Of a stretch of DNA of 63,375 nucleotides, positions 37,433 to 47,668 are shown one piece after another (within the stretch, counting starts at the first letter, position 1; every line of letters begins with the position of its first letter). Where the stretch lies: assembly GCA_944325935.1 (NCBI GenBank), contig CALVCF010000041.1, forward strand, positions 1-63,375, read 5' to 3'. The notes beneath the pieces are model-generated. The model was not told the origin of the DNA, did no database searches, and saw nothing but the letters and a program-made list of their open reading frames with translations. The DNA is from an uncultured Erysipelotrichaceae bacterium (GTDB lineage: Bacteria > Bacillota_I > Bacilli_A > Erysipelotrichales > Erysipelotrichaceae). The position numbers and the translations under genes were made by a program.

Positions 37433-38170
37433 TTAATTTAAGATATCTTTCTCAAAAATTGATCCCCGCTCATATAAAGGCTTCTTTAAAAGATCTTCGC
37501 AGGTTTTGACCTGTCTTTTGTGTCTTTCTACATATTTGTCATAAAAACTTTGCGCCAGTTCGCTATCGCCCAGCTTGACCAAAGTATCGACGATCGTCGC
37601 GATGCCAAGATCGTTATCAAGATAATTAAAATACCTTTCAATGCTCTCTAACAGCTCGCTCTCTTTTTCTAAGGCGGCATAAGTGATCAAAAGTTCCACG
37701 ATCACCACTGTATTGACTTGCCCCATCTCTAACATTAGCTTCTGAACAGTCAGCGATTCCTCTAAGCTATTTAATAAAAACAAATAATTGGCATAGATCG
37801 CTAGAATTATCTTGGCGCTGTAAGCACCGCGCTTGGTGAGCTTCGGTCTTTCAAGCAGAACTTGGTAATAGTGATAAAAATAATCGTCGCGTTTTTCACT
37901 ATGACCCAAATAATGGCTATTGATAAGGATGGCTTCAAGACACCACTTGTCGTATTCTAAGGCCTTTATTGCCCGCTCATATAAAGAAAGATCCTTTTCA
38001 AAAAGCACGTGCAGGGCCTTGATCTCATTTTCTTGTAGTTCATCTTCATATTCTTCGCTATGATCAGCATAGCTGACTTCTTCATCAAAATACATTTTTA
38101 AAAGATCCAGCGCTAATTCATCATCGTGCAAAAGGGCGTGATCTAAAAAAGTCATCAAATTATCTTTCAT
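37433..38170 (-). CDS. Helical hypothetical protein
   Basis: The ORF start is set at MKDNLMTFLDH (ATG 38170), embedded in the NUDIX stop region with an 11-nt overlap. No motif recognised. Confidence 0.45.
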   Translation of the reverse strand: MKDNLMTFLDHALLHDDELALDLLKMYFDEEVSYADHSEEYEDELQENEIKALHVLFEKDLSLYERAIKALEYDKWCLEAILINSHYLGHSEKRDDYFYHYYQVLLERPKLTKRGAYSAKIILAIYANYLFLLNSLEESLTVQKLMLEMGQVNTVVIVELLITYAALEKESELLESIERYFNYLDNDLGIATIVDTLVKLGDSELAQSFYDKYVERHKRQVKTCEDLLKKPLYERGSIFEKDILN

Positions 38171-38696
38171 GAGCGATCCCCTCTTGTTGAAGATGATAAA
38201 AGATGGCGATGGTTTTGGCATCACTGATCTTGCCTTCCTTGATCATCTGCGTGATTTCGCTATAAGACAGGCTAAGACTTTCGATCCTTTCGTCGCGATC
38301 AAAATGCGTGCCGACAAATTCTAAGGCCTCGCCATAATAAAGATAGATCCTTTCGCTGGAATAACCGCAGGTAGGGATGATATAACCAAGATACTTGAGC
38401 TCTTTTAATGTATAGCCAAGTTCCTCCCTAACTTCACGCACGATCGCCTCTTGGGGGTCTTCGCCCTCATTCAGCTTCCCAGCACAAACTTCGATCATGT
38501 CTTCTTTTTGAGCATAGCGATACTGTTTCACCATCATGAAACGTCCGTCTTTATCTTTTAAGGCAATGGCTGCACCGCCTGAATGTTTCACAACTTCGCG
38601 AATGCTTCTTGTGCCATCATCAAGCTCTACCTCATCGTAATCAAGGCATACAACGCGGCCTTTGTATAATGTTTTTGATGTGATCGTTTTTTCCAT
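38160..38696 (-). CDS. NUDIX hydrolase (ADP-ribose pyrophosphatase-like)
   Basis: Nudix box GKLNEGEDPQEAIVREVREELG. Confidence 0.8.
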   Translation of the reverse strand: MEKTITSKTLYKGRVVCLDYDEVELDDGTRSIREVVKHSGGAAIALKDKDGRFMMVKQYRYAQKEDMIEVCAGKLNEGEDPQEAIVREVREELGYTLKELKYLGYIIPTCGYSSERIYLYYGEALEFVGTHFDRDERIESLSLSYSEITQMIKEGKISDAKTIAIFYHLQQEGIAHER

Positions 38697-38771
38697 TTTG
38701 ACCTCTTTAATATCAGGTCTATTCTACCATATTAGTATTTATTTTCTTTAAAAAAACATTATAATTGAGGC

Positions 38772-39278
38772 ATGGACGCTAAAATAGTTTCAAAGGTAAC
38801 ATTGGATTTCAAGCTCATCTTAAGAGCGCAATTTCTTAAAAATCGCTTTATCTCGATCTTCTATTCAGTCTTATTTGTGATCTTCAGTTTCATGAGCCTC
38901 AATATCGCTCTCAATAATTCACTAAGTGCCAACGAGCTTTATGTCGACATTGCCTTAGTCTTGTTATGTGCAGGCGTAGCTTGGGGTTATCCCCTTATTT
39001 CAGCCCTGATTTGGAAGATCCGGACCAAAAAGCAGTATGGGGTCGATCGTTTGGAACTGGAATATCAATTCTTTGACCTTAGTCTAAAGGTCAACAATCT
39101 CACCAATAAGACAAGTACCAAACTTGATTATCGCGCCATCTCCCGCATCAACAAGAGCAAACACCTGCTCATACTCAACTACAGCTCTAAGATCTACATC
39201 GTCATCGACAAGGATCAAATGAAAGAAAGACAGCTAGAGCGCCTCATGGATTACCTCAAAAGGCTCAAGCTAGTCTAG
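38772..39278 (+). CDS. YcxB-like small membrane protein
   Basis: Two central TM helices flanked by soluble segments, about 170 aa. The architecture resembles the YcxB family. Weak call. Confidence 0.4.
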   Translation: MDAKIVSKVTLDFKLILRAQFLKNRFISIFYSVLFVIFSFMSLNIALNNSLSANELYVDIALVLLCAGVAWGYPLISALIWKIRTKKQYGVDRLELEYQFFDLSLKVNNLTNKTSTKLDYRAISRINKSKHLLILNYSSKIYIVIDKDQMKERQLERLMDYLKRLKLV

Positions 39279-40475
39279 ATGCTGATAGATATTCAACTCT
39301 TTGACGATGCCTTCCTTTTTTAGATAGGCATCATATAAGAAGTTGAGATAATCGCCAGGGGTAATGATCCCATTTAAACCCAAAAGATTGAAGTTCTTGT
39401 TGCGCAATAGATAGTCGACAAGTTTGACGCAATTAGTCGTAAACACAAAATAGGTCTTAAAGGGACCTTTTTTAAATTTAAGCAGCTCGCATTGCGTATC
39501 GCGATAGACATCGCTGACATAGTCAAGCTTTTTCAAATTTGGGTCGAGCTTATAGGCACAATCAAAGGGATAAGCATCCTTAAGCAATGTATTTAGGCGT
39601 TCTTTGATCACTTGCATCTCTTCATCGCTTGGATATAGCCCAAAACTTACGATCATCGTCTTATGGGTCTTAAGCGAATTTTTGATAAAGGCATTGCGGT
39701 CGACTTTGATGAGGACTCCTTCACCTGCACTACCGAAGATATGGCGGGCCTTAGGATCGTGTAGGCCGTAAGAATAAGTGACATTGTCGATGCTGATATC
39801 GACATGACCGAAAGATTCAAAGCCCCTTCTTTGCAGATAAATATTGACATTCAATCTGGCCTTTAAGTCATCATTACAGCTGTATTTCTTTAAGATCTCC
39901 TCATCCTTAAACCTGATGAATGCCCTGACTGGAATAAGCGCGCTGAAAAAGACCGGCAATGATAAAGAAAAGGCTTTTTGGGAATAGACCTTGAAGAGAT
40001 CGACCACGCCCAGCGATATCAAATAGAGGCCGCCTAAAATAAAGATAAGACGGTTAAAAAACAGCGGGAAGATGAAAAGTAAAAGGGCGATCACAAAGCT
40101 TAAAAGAGCCTTTAAAATGATCGAGGTAAGCCCGTGCTGGTGGTCACTGCGCTTTAAAAGATAGTCGATAAAATAGATGACCGACTCTAATAAGGCGATC
40201 GAAGAAACTAGAAAGGTGACTGCAACGGTAAAGAGATCTTTAAAAATGATGAGAATGAGATCAAAGATAAGGATAAGACCCAAGCGCAAGAGATCGGCCT
40301 TATCCTTCTTAAAGATAAAAGAGACCAGGGTGATCGGGATAAATAGCGAGAGGATAATGATGAGAACGATCCTGACAAAAGGTAAAACGGCCGAGGCATG
40401 AGTAAAAATGACGATCCCTAAAGAGATCGTCAATATAGCTTTTAAAGTGTCGATCATCTTCGCTAACATTATCAT
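39270..40475 (-). CDS. Polytopic membrane protein with a C-terminal soluble His/Cys domain (possible LRAT/NlpC-P60-like fold)
   Basis: About 200 aa of TM helices, then ...FGHVDISIDNVTYSYG... and ...TTNCVKLVDYLL. The start is uncertain: in-frame ATGs at 40529, 40475, 40469 and 40457. 40475 avoids overlap with gpmI. Confidence 0.5.
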   Translation of the reverse strand: MIMLAKMIDTLKAILTISLGIVIFTHASAVLPFVRIVLIIILSLFIPITLVSFIFKKDKADLLRLGLILIFDLILIIFKDLFTVAVTFLVSSIALLESVIYFIDYLLKRSDHQHGLTSIILKALLSFVIALLLFIFPLFFNRLIFILGGLYLISLGVVDLFKVYSQKAFSLSLPVFFSALIPVRAFIRFKDEEILKKYSCNDDLKARLNVNIYLQRRGFESFGHVDISIDNVTYSYGLHDPKARHIFGSAGEGVLIKVDRNAFIKNSLKTHKTMIVSFGLYPSDEEMQVIKERLNTLLKDAYPFDCAYKLDPNLKKLDYVSDVYRDTQCELLKFKKGPFKTYFVFTTNCVKLVDYLLRNKNFNLLGLNGIITPGDYLNFLYDAYLKKEGIVKELNIYQHLD

Positions 40476-40501
40476 AACTATAGCACAAGATGACCTAATT
40501 T

Positions 40502-42079
40502 TTATTTTTCGAGCATCGATTCGTTCCAAACACTTGGCGCTTCCAGATCCAAGAGTTCAAAGACGGTCCGCGCGATGTTGCTGAGGCCGAAATCGCCTTC
40601 TTTTAGCTTATATCCATCGGCATTATAGAGAATGAAGGGGACCTTGTTTAAGGTGTGTGAAGTCTTGGGTTTTAAAGGATCGGTATCCTTTTTGCGCTTT
40701 TCGTACATTTCATCGGCATTGCCATGATCAGCTGTGACGATCAAAGTCGCATTGGCCTTATCACAGGCTTCAATGATTCTCTTTAAACAAAGATCGACCG
40801 CTTCGACCCCGATCACCGTCGCCTGATAATCGCCAGTATGGCCGACCATATCGCCATTGGGGAAGTTGACGCGATAGAAGACATTTTCACCCTTTTCGAT
40901 CGCTTCGACTAAAAGATCTGTCACTTCAGCCGCCTTCATCCAAGGTCTTTGATCAAAGGGCACGGTATCCGACTTGACTTCGACCCAGGTCTCAAGCTCA
41001 TCCGAGAATTTTTCACTGCGATTGCCGTTCCAGAAATAAGTGACATGGCCAAACTTCTGGGTCTCGGAGATCGCATAAGTCTTGATGCCGTATTTGACTA
41101 AATATTCGGACATCGTGTCTTTGATTGAAGGAGGATCAACTAAATAGTTGCTCGGGATATGAAGGTCGCCATCGTATTCTAACATGCCGGCATACATGAC
41201 ATCCGGGCGCTCGCCACGATCGAAGTGACTAAACTCATCTTCGTCAAAAGCCTTCGAGATCTCAATGGCACGATCACCTCTAAAGTTGAAGAGGATAAGT
41301 GAATCGTGATCTTTGATCTTACCTAAAGGTTCATCATTATCATCGACGATCACAAATTCGTGTAAGTCCTGATCATTGCAGCCAAGCTCCTTGCGATAGG
41401 TCTCGATTGCCTCGCGGGCACTGTGGAAATGGCGTCCTAAGCCATGGACATGGCAATCATAACCGCGTTTAACCATATCCCAATTTGCTTCATAGCGGTC
41501 CATCGTAATATACATACGGCCGCCGCCGGAAGCGATCTTGGCATCAAAACTATCATCATTTAATTCTTTTAATAGATTTTCAAGATCGTCAATATAAGTA
41601 AGGCCAGAAGTCTCGGGAACATCTCTTCCATCCATCAAAGCGTGGATACGCACCCTTTTAATTCCTTCTTTTTTGGCTTCTTTGATCATCGCCTTTAAAT
41701 GAGCGATATTGGAATGGACATTACCATCGCTTAGAAGACCTAAGAAATGCAAGGTATGATCCTTGGCGTTATCCACCAGTTTCTTCCAAGTCTCACTTTC
41801 ATAGATCTTGCCTGAAGCGATCGACTCATTGACAAGCTTAGCCCCTTGGGCATAGATCTGACCGCAGCCAATGGCATTATGACCAACTTCCGAATTACCC
41901 ATATCGCTGTCACTAGGAAGACCGACAGCCGTCCCATGGGCCTTGATCGCAATATTGGGGCATTCTTTAAATAACTTATCAAGAGTTGGCGTATAGGCAT
42001 TCTTGACGGCATTACCTTCCGTCTTATCGCTAAGACCTACTCCATCCATAACGACTAGTACAAGAGCTTTCGAACTCAT
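40502..42079 (-). CDS. gpmI: 2,3-bisphosphoglycerate-independent phosphoglycerate mutase
   Basis: LVVMDGVGLS, ...MGNSEVGHNAIG..., ADHGNADEM. The start at MSSKALVLVV is preceded by GGAGGAAAG. Confidence 0.92.
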   Translation of the reverse strand: MSSKALVLVVMDGVGLSDKTEGNAVKNAYTPTLDKLFKECPNIAIKAHGTAVGLPSDSDMGNSEVGHNAIGCGQIYAQGAKLVNESIASGKIYESETWKKLVDNAKDHTLHFLGLLSDGNVHSNIAHLKAMIKEAKKEGIKRVRIHALMDGRDVPETSGLTYIDDLENLLKELNDDSFDAKIASGGGRMYITMDRYEANWDMVKRGYDCHVHGLGRHFHSAREAIETYRKELGCNDQDLHEFVIVDDNDEPLGKIKDHDSLILFNFRGDRAIEISKAFDEDEFSHFDRGERPDVMYAGMLEYDGDLHIPSNYLVDPPSIKDTMSEYLVKYGIKTYAISETQKFGHVTYFWNGNRSEKFSDELETWVEVKSDTVPFDQRPWMKAAEVTDLLVEAIEKGENVFYRVNFPNGDMVGHTGDYQATVIGVEAVDLCLKRIIEACDKANATLIVTADHGNADEMYEKRKKDTDPLKPKTSHTLNKVPFILYNADGYKLKEGDFGLSNIARTVFELLDLEAPSVWNESMLEK

Positions 42080-42162
42080 AACTTTCCTCCTTATCGTACG
42101 TGTTAATTTTAGCACATTTAGATTGTCTTAGCGTTTTTTAAAAACTAAAGTATAATTAAATC

Positions 42163-44616
42163 ATGTATTATCTCGCTTCAAACGCCATGCAGGACAAGGT
42201 TCTTGAAAAGCTGCTCGCCAAAAAGAGCTGTCTTTTTGATGTCAAGATCATGAGTCTTAAGAGTTATTTAAACGAAAGGCTCCAAAACCCCGCGATCGAT
42301 CTTGTCAAGCTTCATCAAAAACTGCAAGCCCTGCCCTTAAAAGACTTTCAAAAAGCGATCGACGACATATCCTTTTTAAGCGAACTACAAGACAAACGCC
42401 AAAAACTCGCGGCTTATAACGTCGATCTTAAAACCCTCGACATAAACAAGGAGTACCGCCTCCTATTAGAAAACACCGACTATCTCCCCTATTTTGAACT
42501 TAAGGAGCTTTTTCGAAAAGAAGACTTCAGCGATTTCGTGATCTATGATGGCGCTTATGAACTATATGAGCGCGAATTCATCGCGATCATGGTCGAAAAG
42601 GGGGCTAAATTCATTCCTCTTGAGCCCTCCAACAAGGGAAAATACTATTTAAGCATCGCCAATCTCAAGGAAGGTCTAGATAAGGTCGCCCATTTCATCT
42701 TAGAAAAAAAGATCGACCCGCAAGATGTGGCCATTATTGCTTCTAGCGATGATCTAAGTTTTTTAAGGATCCATCTAAAGCGCTTGGGCTTGCCCTATTA
42801 TGACCGCAAAGGAAAAAGCCTAAATATCATGAAACGCTTTTGTGCTCTTCTTGATTATTATTTTGCACAAGATCTAGAACACTTCATTGCCCTTGTCAAG
42901 AATTCAGAATGTGTCAACCTGGCCCTTTTGACCTATTTAGAAAAGCATGCCATCGATTATCTTGCGCCTTATGATCATTTAAAAGATGAAGACAGCTACT
43001 ATCAGAAAATGGAAGAAAAAGCGCAAAACAGCGTTGAAAAATATCGCCAGATCGCTTTAAAATTCCAAGATGTCAAAAGCTATGAAGAAGCCCTCGTTTT
43101 CAGCTTTGAGGTCTTAAAAGATCAAAAAGATGCCGCAATTTTAAAAAAAGAGATCGAGGAATTCGGCAACTATGAAGCCGACTTTTATCCCTATTTAAGA
43201 GAAAGACTATTGTCCTATACCCAGAAAACAGAACTTGAGGGCATCGAACTTTCCTCTTACCCCGATGCCAGCTACTATCATAAATATCTCTTTTTGCTGA
43301 ATCCTCATCTTGATCATTATCCCGGTACCTTTAAGGAAAGCGGGGTCTTAAATGAACTAAGTCTTAAAAACACAAATTACCCTTCTTTATTGAAACGCTA
43401 TGAGAATCTTTTAAAAAACTTTGACTATCTCACAACAAACGAATACGTTTATGCCCTTTTAGGCAGCGCCAATTTTGAAGGCAAGTCCTTAGAATATGAT
43501 AATTACTTTTCAAGCTTTACCAAGATCGATAATCGAGAAGTCAAATTTGATCGGCATGAGCCCTATAACTATCACCCGACACTCAAAAAAGAGCTGGCGG
43601 CCAAACTGTTTTTCCCTGAAGGCGAACTAAGAGCCTCCGTCTCTTCTTTAGAGCGATATATGGCTTGTAACTTCGCTTATTTCCTAAACCGCGGCTTAGG
43701 CCTTTTAGAGCCTGCAAAGAAAGAATTAAATAATATCCTTGTCGGCAACACGATCCACAAGATCATGGAAAGAGCTATCAAAAAAGCTGCTTTTAAAAAA
43801 GACTATCACCCGTATTTAGACGATCAGGTAATCTTAAATGCCCTTAAGGAACAACTGGATAAGATCTATCCTGGTCAAAAAGAGGCGATCGATGCTTTTG
43901 TCTTGCGCATTCAAAGGCTCATTCAAAGAGAGATCCCTTTCATAAGCGATATGGAAAAACACACGCTATTTAAACCGGAAGCTTCGGAATTCCGCTTTGA
44001 CGATATCTTTTTTACATACGATGGAATCGATCTTCGCTTAAAAGGTTCCATCGACCGCATCGATCGGTGTCTTGGCTACTTTCGTATTCTGGATTATAAG
44101 ACCTCAAAACAGACCCTGAGCTTAGGCGCTCTTTGCAAGGGACAAAAACTGCAACTTGTCACCTACGCCTATATCTACCAAAAGATCAGCAAGTTGAAAC
44201 CGGCTTTGGTCGCCTATTTGAATATCCATCATGAAACCGAGCCCGATTACGACTATTATTTCAGTCTGCGCGATGGTCTTGCCCTCAATGATCAAAGCGA
44301 CAAAGCGGGCGCTTATTTTAAAAACCATCGCTTAGAAGGAATTTTCTTTGAGTTTCTAGATGACTTTGACGACGATCAAAGACACATAGCTTTTAATTCA
44401 AGGAAGCTTTTGCCCTTTGAAAAGGTCGCCGAAGCCCTAGAGGACATTTTTAGCTATATTATCACAAGGATCAAGGAAGCTAAGATCGATATCGCACCCG
44501 ATGACAAGGAATGCGACTATTGTCCCTATCATACGATCTGTCATTTTAAAGGCGTCAAGGGACTAGATCAAACGATCATCACGACATTAGAAAAAGGTGA
44601 GCAAGATGAAACTTAA
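42163..44616 (+). CDS. addB: Helicase-nuclease complex subunit B (AddB/RexB-like; PD-(D/E)XK nuclease with a C-terminal Cys cluster)
   Basis: ILDYKTSK nuclease motif and C-terminal CDYCPYHTIC. It is followed by addA with a 20-nt overlap. There is no N-terminal Walker A. Confidence 0.75.
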   Translation: MYYLASNAMQDKVLEKLLAKKSCLFDVKIMSLKSYLNERLQNPAIDLVKLHQKLQALPLKDFQKAIDDISFLSELQDKRQKLAAYNVDLKTLDINKEYRLLLENTDYLPYFELKELFRKEDFSDFVIYDGAYELYEREFIAIMVEKGAKFIPLEPSNKGKYYLSIANLKEGLDKVAHFILEKKIDPQDVAIIASSDDLSFLRIHLKRLGLPYYDRKGKSLNIMKRFCALLDYYFAQDLEHFIALVKNSECVNLALLTYLEKHAIDYLAPYDHLKDEDSYYQKMEEKAQNSVEKYRQIALKFQDVKSYEEALVFSFEVLKDQKDAAILKKEIEEFGNYEADFYPYLRERLLSYTQKTELEGIELSSYPDASYYHKYLFLLNPHLDHYPGTFKESGVLNELSLKNTNYPSLLKRYENLLKNFDYLTTNEYVYALLGSANFEGKSLEYDNYFSSFTKIDNREVKFDRHEPYNYHPTLKKELAAKLFFPEGELRASVSSLERYMACNFAYFLNRGLGLLEPAKKELNNILVGNTIHKIMERAIKKAAFKKDYHPYLDDQVILNALKEQLDKIYPGQKEAIDAFVLRIQRLIQREIPFISDMEKHTLFKPEASEFRFDDIFFTYDGIDLRLKGSIDRIDRCLGYFRILDYKTSKQTLSLGALCKGQKLQLVTYAYIYQKISKLKPALVAYLNIHHETEPDYDYYFSLRDGLALNDQSDKAGAYFKNHRLEGIFFEFLDDFDDDQRHIAFNSRKLLPFEKVAEALEDIFSYIITRIKEAKIDIAPDDKECDYCPYHTICHFKGVKGLDQTIITTLEKGEQDET

Positions 44617-47600
44617 TCCTGAACAAAAACTGGCTGTCGATCATAGCGGCCAAAATATCCTGGTCTTCGCATCAGCTGGGGCTGGCAAGACGACGATCAT
44701 GGTCCAAAGGTTATTAAAAAGGATCATCTCAGACCACTTGTCACTGGATGAGATGGTCGCAATGACCTTTACCAATGCGGCCAGCGCCAATCTTAAAAAT
44801 CGTTTAAGTCAAGCAATCGAAGGAGCTCTTTTAAAAGACCCTTCCAACACCCACTTACAAAACGAAAGAGCGAAGGTCCCTGATGCCCATATCTCGACCA
44901 TTCATAGCTTCTGCCTTGAACTTTTAAAAGAATATTATTATAAGCTCGACCTCAGCTTAAAGACCGTCCAGAATCTGATCGATGATACCCACGCTAAAAT
45001 AGCGATCGACAAGCTCTTAGATGAGATCATCCAAGAAGAGTTGCAAGATAATAATACGGCCTTTCTCGCCTGCCTTGATGCCCTTTCCAATCAGACGGCC
45101 GACATGGAAATGTTTAAGGAAGAATTGAAAGCCTTGTTTAATAAGATACAAAATGAGCTTGAGCCACTCGCTTATCTTGAAAAAGAAGCCCAGCGTAAAC
45201 ATATCAGCACTCTTCAAGATTATGATCAAGAAGGACTGCATTACTATCTGCATCTTTTAAAAGCTAAGCTTTGTCTGATCATCAAAGATCTCAAAAAGAT
45301 GGACCAGTGTGAAAAATTCAAGGGCGAGCTAACACCTAAGATCGAAGAGCTTGAAAGCTTATTGTCATATGATGACTACGGGCTTTTCTTAAATGGACTA
45401 AGTGTGCTGCTCAAAGCTCCTAAAAGCTATGGCAAAGATCCTGTCTATACAGCTTATCGCAAAGATTTTGAAAAACACGCCAAAGCTTTGGCCAAGGAGC
45501 TTTTAGAAGTTAAAAAGATCATCGCCAACTATGAAGGAGCTCTCGATCACCAAAAAGAGGTCGTGTACTTAGTGAAAAGACTCTATCTGGCCTACCAGGA
45601 CTACAAGCGCCAAAAAGAATGCCTCGACTTCAGCGATATCGAGCACTACACTTTTGAACTTTTAAATAAAGATGATGCCAAGATCGCCAAAGATCTCAAG
45701 CATCGTTTTAAAGAAATCATGGTCGATGAATTCCAAGACACTTCACCCTTGCAATATGCCATCATCCGCCTCATCAGCCATGACAATCTCTTTTTAGTGG
45801 GCGATGTCAAACAATCCATCTATCGCTTCCGCCACGCCTCACCCAAGATCATGGAGGATCTGAAAGAAGATGACAGCTTCTATAAGATCCATCTCAAACA
45901 CAATTACCGCTCCAAAGAGCGGATCGTCAGCTTTAATAATGCCTTCTTTGATCGGATCATGAATCTTAATAAAAAACGCTTCAATAAAAATGACGCCCAG
46001 CTCATCGGCAGTGATCAGCAGATCGATCCCAAAGCCTTAGTAAGTTTTAGCTATTATGTCTTAAAAGAAGAAGACACGATCAAAGCCGATGAAGTAAAAG
46101 CTAAGATCATCGCCGACAAGATCATCAAGTTTCATAAGGAGGGGCTGGCCTTTCGGGATATGGCAGTTTTGGTGCGCTCGCACCATGAAAAAAAGCCCCT
46201 TAAAAAAGTTTTCGAGGCTTTGCACATACCCTATTTTATCAATGATAATGATGGCTATTTTAAATCTTTTGCGATCGAGACCCTTTTAGCCTATCTCAAT
46301 TATCTCTTAGATGAAGATGATAAGATCGCGCTTGTTGCGATCTTGACTTCGCTATATCGCTTCAGTGCCAACGATCTAGCCTTGGCGAAAGGACATTTTG
46401 ACACAATTATGAATCAAGATCCTTTTAGGAAAGACTACCTGTATCTGAAAGGGGCTTTTTTAGAGAACGACTTTGAAACTTTTATGGCCTACTTTTTAGG
46501 GATCGATCATTTTTATGACCGTCTCAATATTGCTGAAAAAACTAATCTTGATCTCTTGATCAATAAATATGATTCCTACAAGATCAAGACTTTCGCTGAG
46601 CTGAGAAATTTTATCATCGAAGCACTGGACACGCAAAAAGAGGTCGCTTTAAGTATCTCGGAAGATGCAGATGTCGTTAAAGTCATGACGATCCACAATT
46701 CCAAAGGCCTTGAATTTGATACAGTGTTCTTATATTCTGCCCTCAAAACTAAGAGCCCGTCTAAAAAACGCATCTTATATCATCCCACTTTGCCCTTAGG
46801 CCTTCGCTTTATCGATGGCGATGCACGACAGGTCAAGGAGACCCTTAGCTATAAGCTGATCGACGAAGATGAGCGCTATGAAGAAGCGCTGGAATACCAA
46901 AGACTTTTCTATGTCGCCTTAACCCGCGCTGTATCGAAACTTTTGATCGTCGATTGTTTAAAAGATCAAAAAAAGATCGCCTTAGATACTTCACTGCTTT
47001 ATGACAACAGCGGTTTTACAAGCTACATTTTAAGTGCGGCAGGGGGCATGTTGATCGATGACAGATATTTATCCCTGCCCGATCTTGAACCTCTTTCTGG
47101 TTTTAGTTTCGATGAAAGCGAAGACTTCTTACATTTTGCTTATCAAAAGACCGCTAAAGAAAAGATTGCTCCTTCAAGCCTTGAAAAACACGACCTTGCG
47201 CTTAACTTGAATTTTCAAAATGCCACATCCTTTGGAACGAAGATGCATGAAGTAATGGAAAAGATCGACCTTGAGCAAGCTGATCTTCAGCAATTCAAGC
47301 TGAGCAGCTTGGAAAAAGAAATGCTTGCGTCCATCTTTCTTGATCCTATTTTCCAAAAAGCGCTTAAAGGCCTAGTCCAACGCGAGTATTCCTTCTATCT
47401 TAAAAAAGATACACAGATCATCCATGGCTTTATGGATTTTGTCTCTTTTTTGGCTGATGAAGTCATCATTATCGACTATAAAACCGATCACATCAATGAA
47501 GAAGACGTCTTTCAAAAGACTTATCGGGATCAACTGAAGATGTACCAAAAAGTCTTACAAGACGCCGGCTACCAAAACATTAAAACCTATATCTATTCCT

Positions 47601-47629
47601 TCTATCTCAAAAAGATGATCGCTGTTTGA
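44597..47629 (+). CDS. addA: ATP-dependent helicase/nuclease subunit A (UvrD/Rep-family + C-terminal RecB nuclease)
   Basis: FASAGAGKTT (Walker A), MVDEFQDTSP (DExx), TIHNSKGLEF, C-terminal IIDYKTD nuclease motif. Confidence 0.85.
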   Translation: MSKMKLNPEQKLAVDHSGQNILVFASAGAGKTTIMVQRLLKRIISDHLSLDEMVAMTFTNAASANLKNRLSQAIEGALLKDPSNTHLQNERAKVPDAHISTIHSFCLELLKEYYYKLDLSLKTVQNLIDDTHAKIAIDKLLDEIIQEELQDNNTAFLACLDALSNQTADMEMFKEELKALFNKIQNELEPLAYLEKEAQRKHISTLQDYDQEGLHYYLHLLKAKLCLIIKDLKKMDQCEKFKGELTPKIEELESLLSYDDYGLFLNGLSVLLKAPKSYGKDPVYTAYRKDFEKHAKALAKELLEVKKIIANYEGALDHQKEVVYLVKRLYLAYQDYKRQKECLDFSDIEHYTFELLNKDDAKIAKDLKHRFKEIMVDEFQDTSPLQYAIIRLISHDNLFLVGDVKQSIYRFRHASPKIMEDLKEDDSFYKIHLKHNYRSKERIVSFNNAFFDRIMNLNKKRFNKNDAQLIGSDQQIDPKALVSFSYYVLKEEDTIKADEVKAKIIADKIIKFHKEGLAFRDMAVLVRSHHEKKPLKKVFEALHIPYFINDNDGYFKSFAIETLLAYLNYLLDEDDKIALVAILTSLYRFSANDLALAKGHFDTIMNQDPFRKDYLYLKGAFLENDFETFMAYFLGIDHFYDRLNIAEKTNLDLLINKYDSYKIKTFAELRNFIIEALDTQKEVALSISEDADVVKVMTIHNSKGLEFDTVFLYSALKTKSPSKKRILYHPTLPLGLRFIDGDARQVKETLSYKLIDEDERYEEALEYQRLFYVALTRAVSKLLIVDCLKDQKKIALDTSLLYDNSGFTSYILSAAGGMLIDDRYLSLPDLEPLSGFSFDESEDFLHFAYQKTAKEKIAPSSLEKHDLALNLNFQNATSFGTKMHEVMEKIDLEQADLQQFKLSSLEKEMLASIFLDPIFQKALKGLVQREYSFYLKKDTQIIHGFMDFVSFLADEVIIIDYKTDHINEEDVFQKTYRDQLKMYQKVLQDAGYQNIKTYIYSFYLKKMIAV

Positions 47630-47632
47630 TCA

Positions 47633-47668
47633 TAAAAAACCGCCAACACAAGTTGGCGGTCATTTTTT
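47633..47668. terminator. Bidirectional rho-independent terminator between convergent addA and rplQ
   Basis: 9-bp GC-rich stem accgccaac/gttggcggt with loop acaa, flanked by A6 upstream and T6 downstream. Confidence 0.8.

Noticed and set aside
37433-38224. Longest-ORF start (38224) for the helical hypothetical protein, giving a 65-nt overlap with the NUDIX gene
   Set aside because: The internal ATG at 38170 (MKDNLMTFLDH) gives an 11-nt overlap typical of this genome's coupled genes. The extra N-terminal 18 aa (MMPKPSPSFIIFNKRGSL) look like an off-frame reading of the NUDIX C-terminus.
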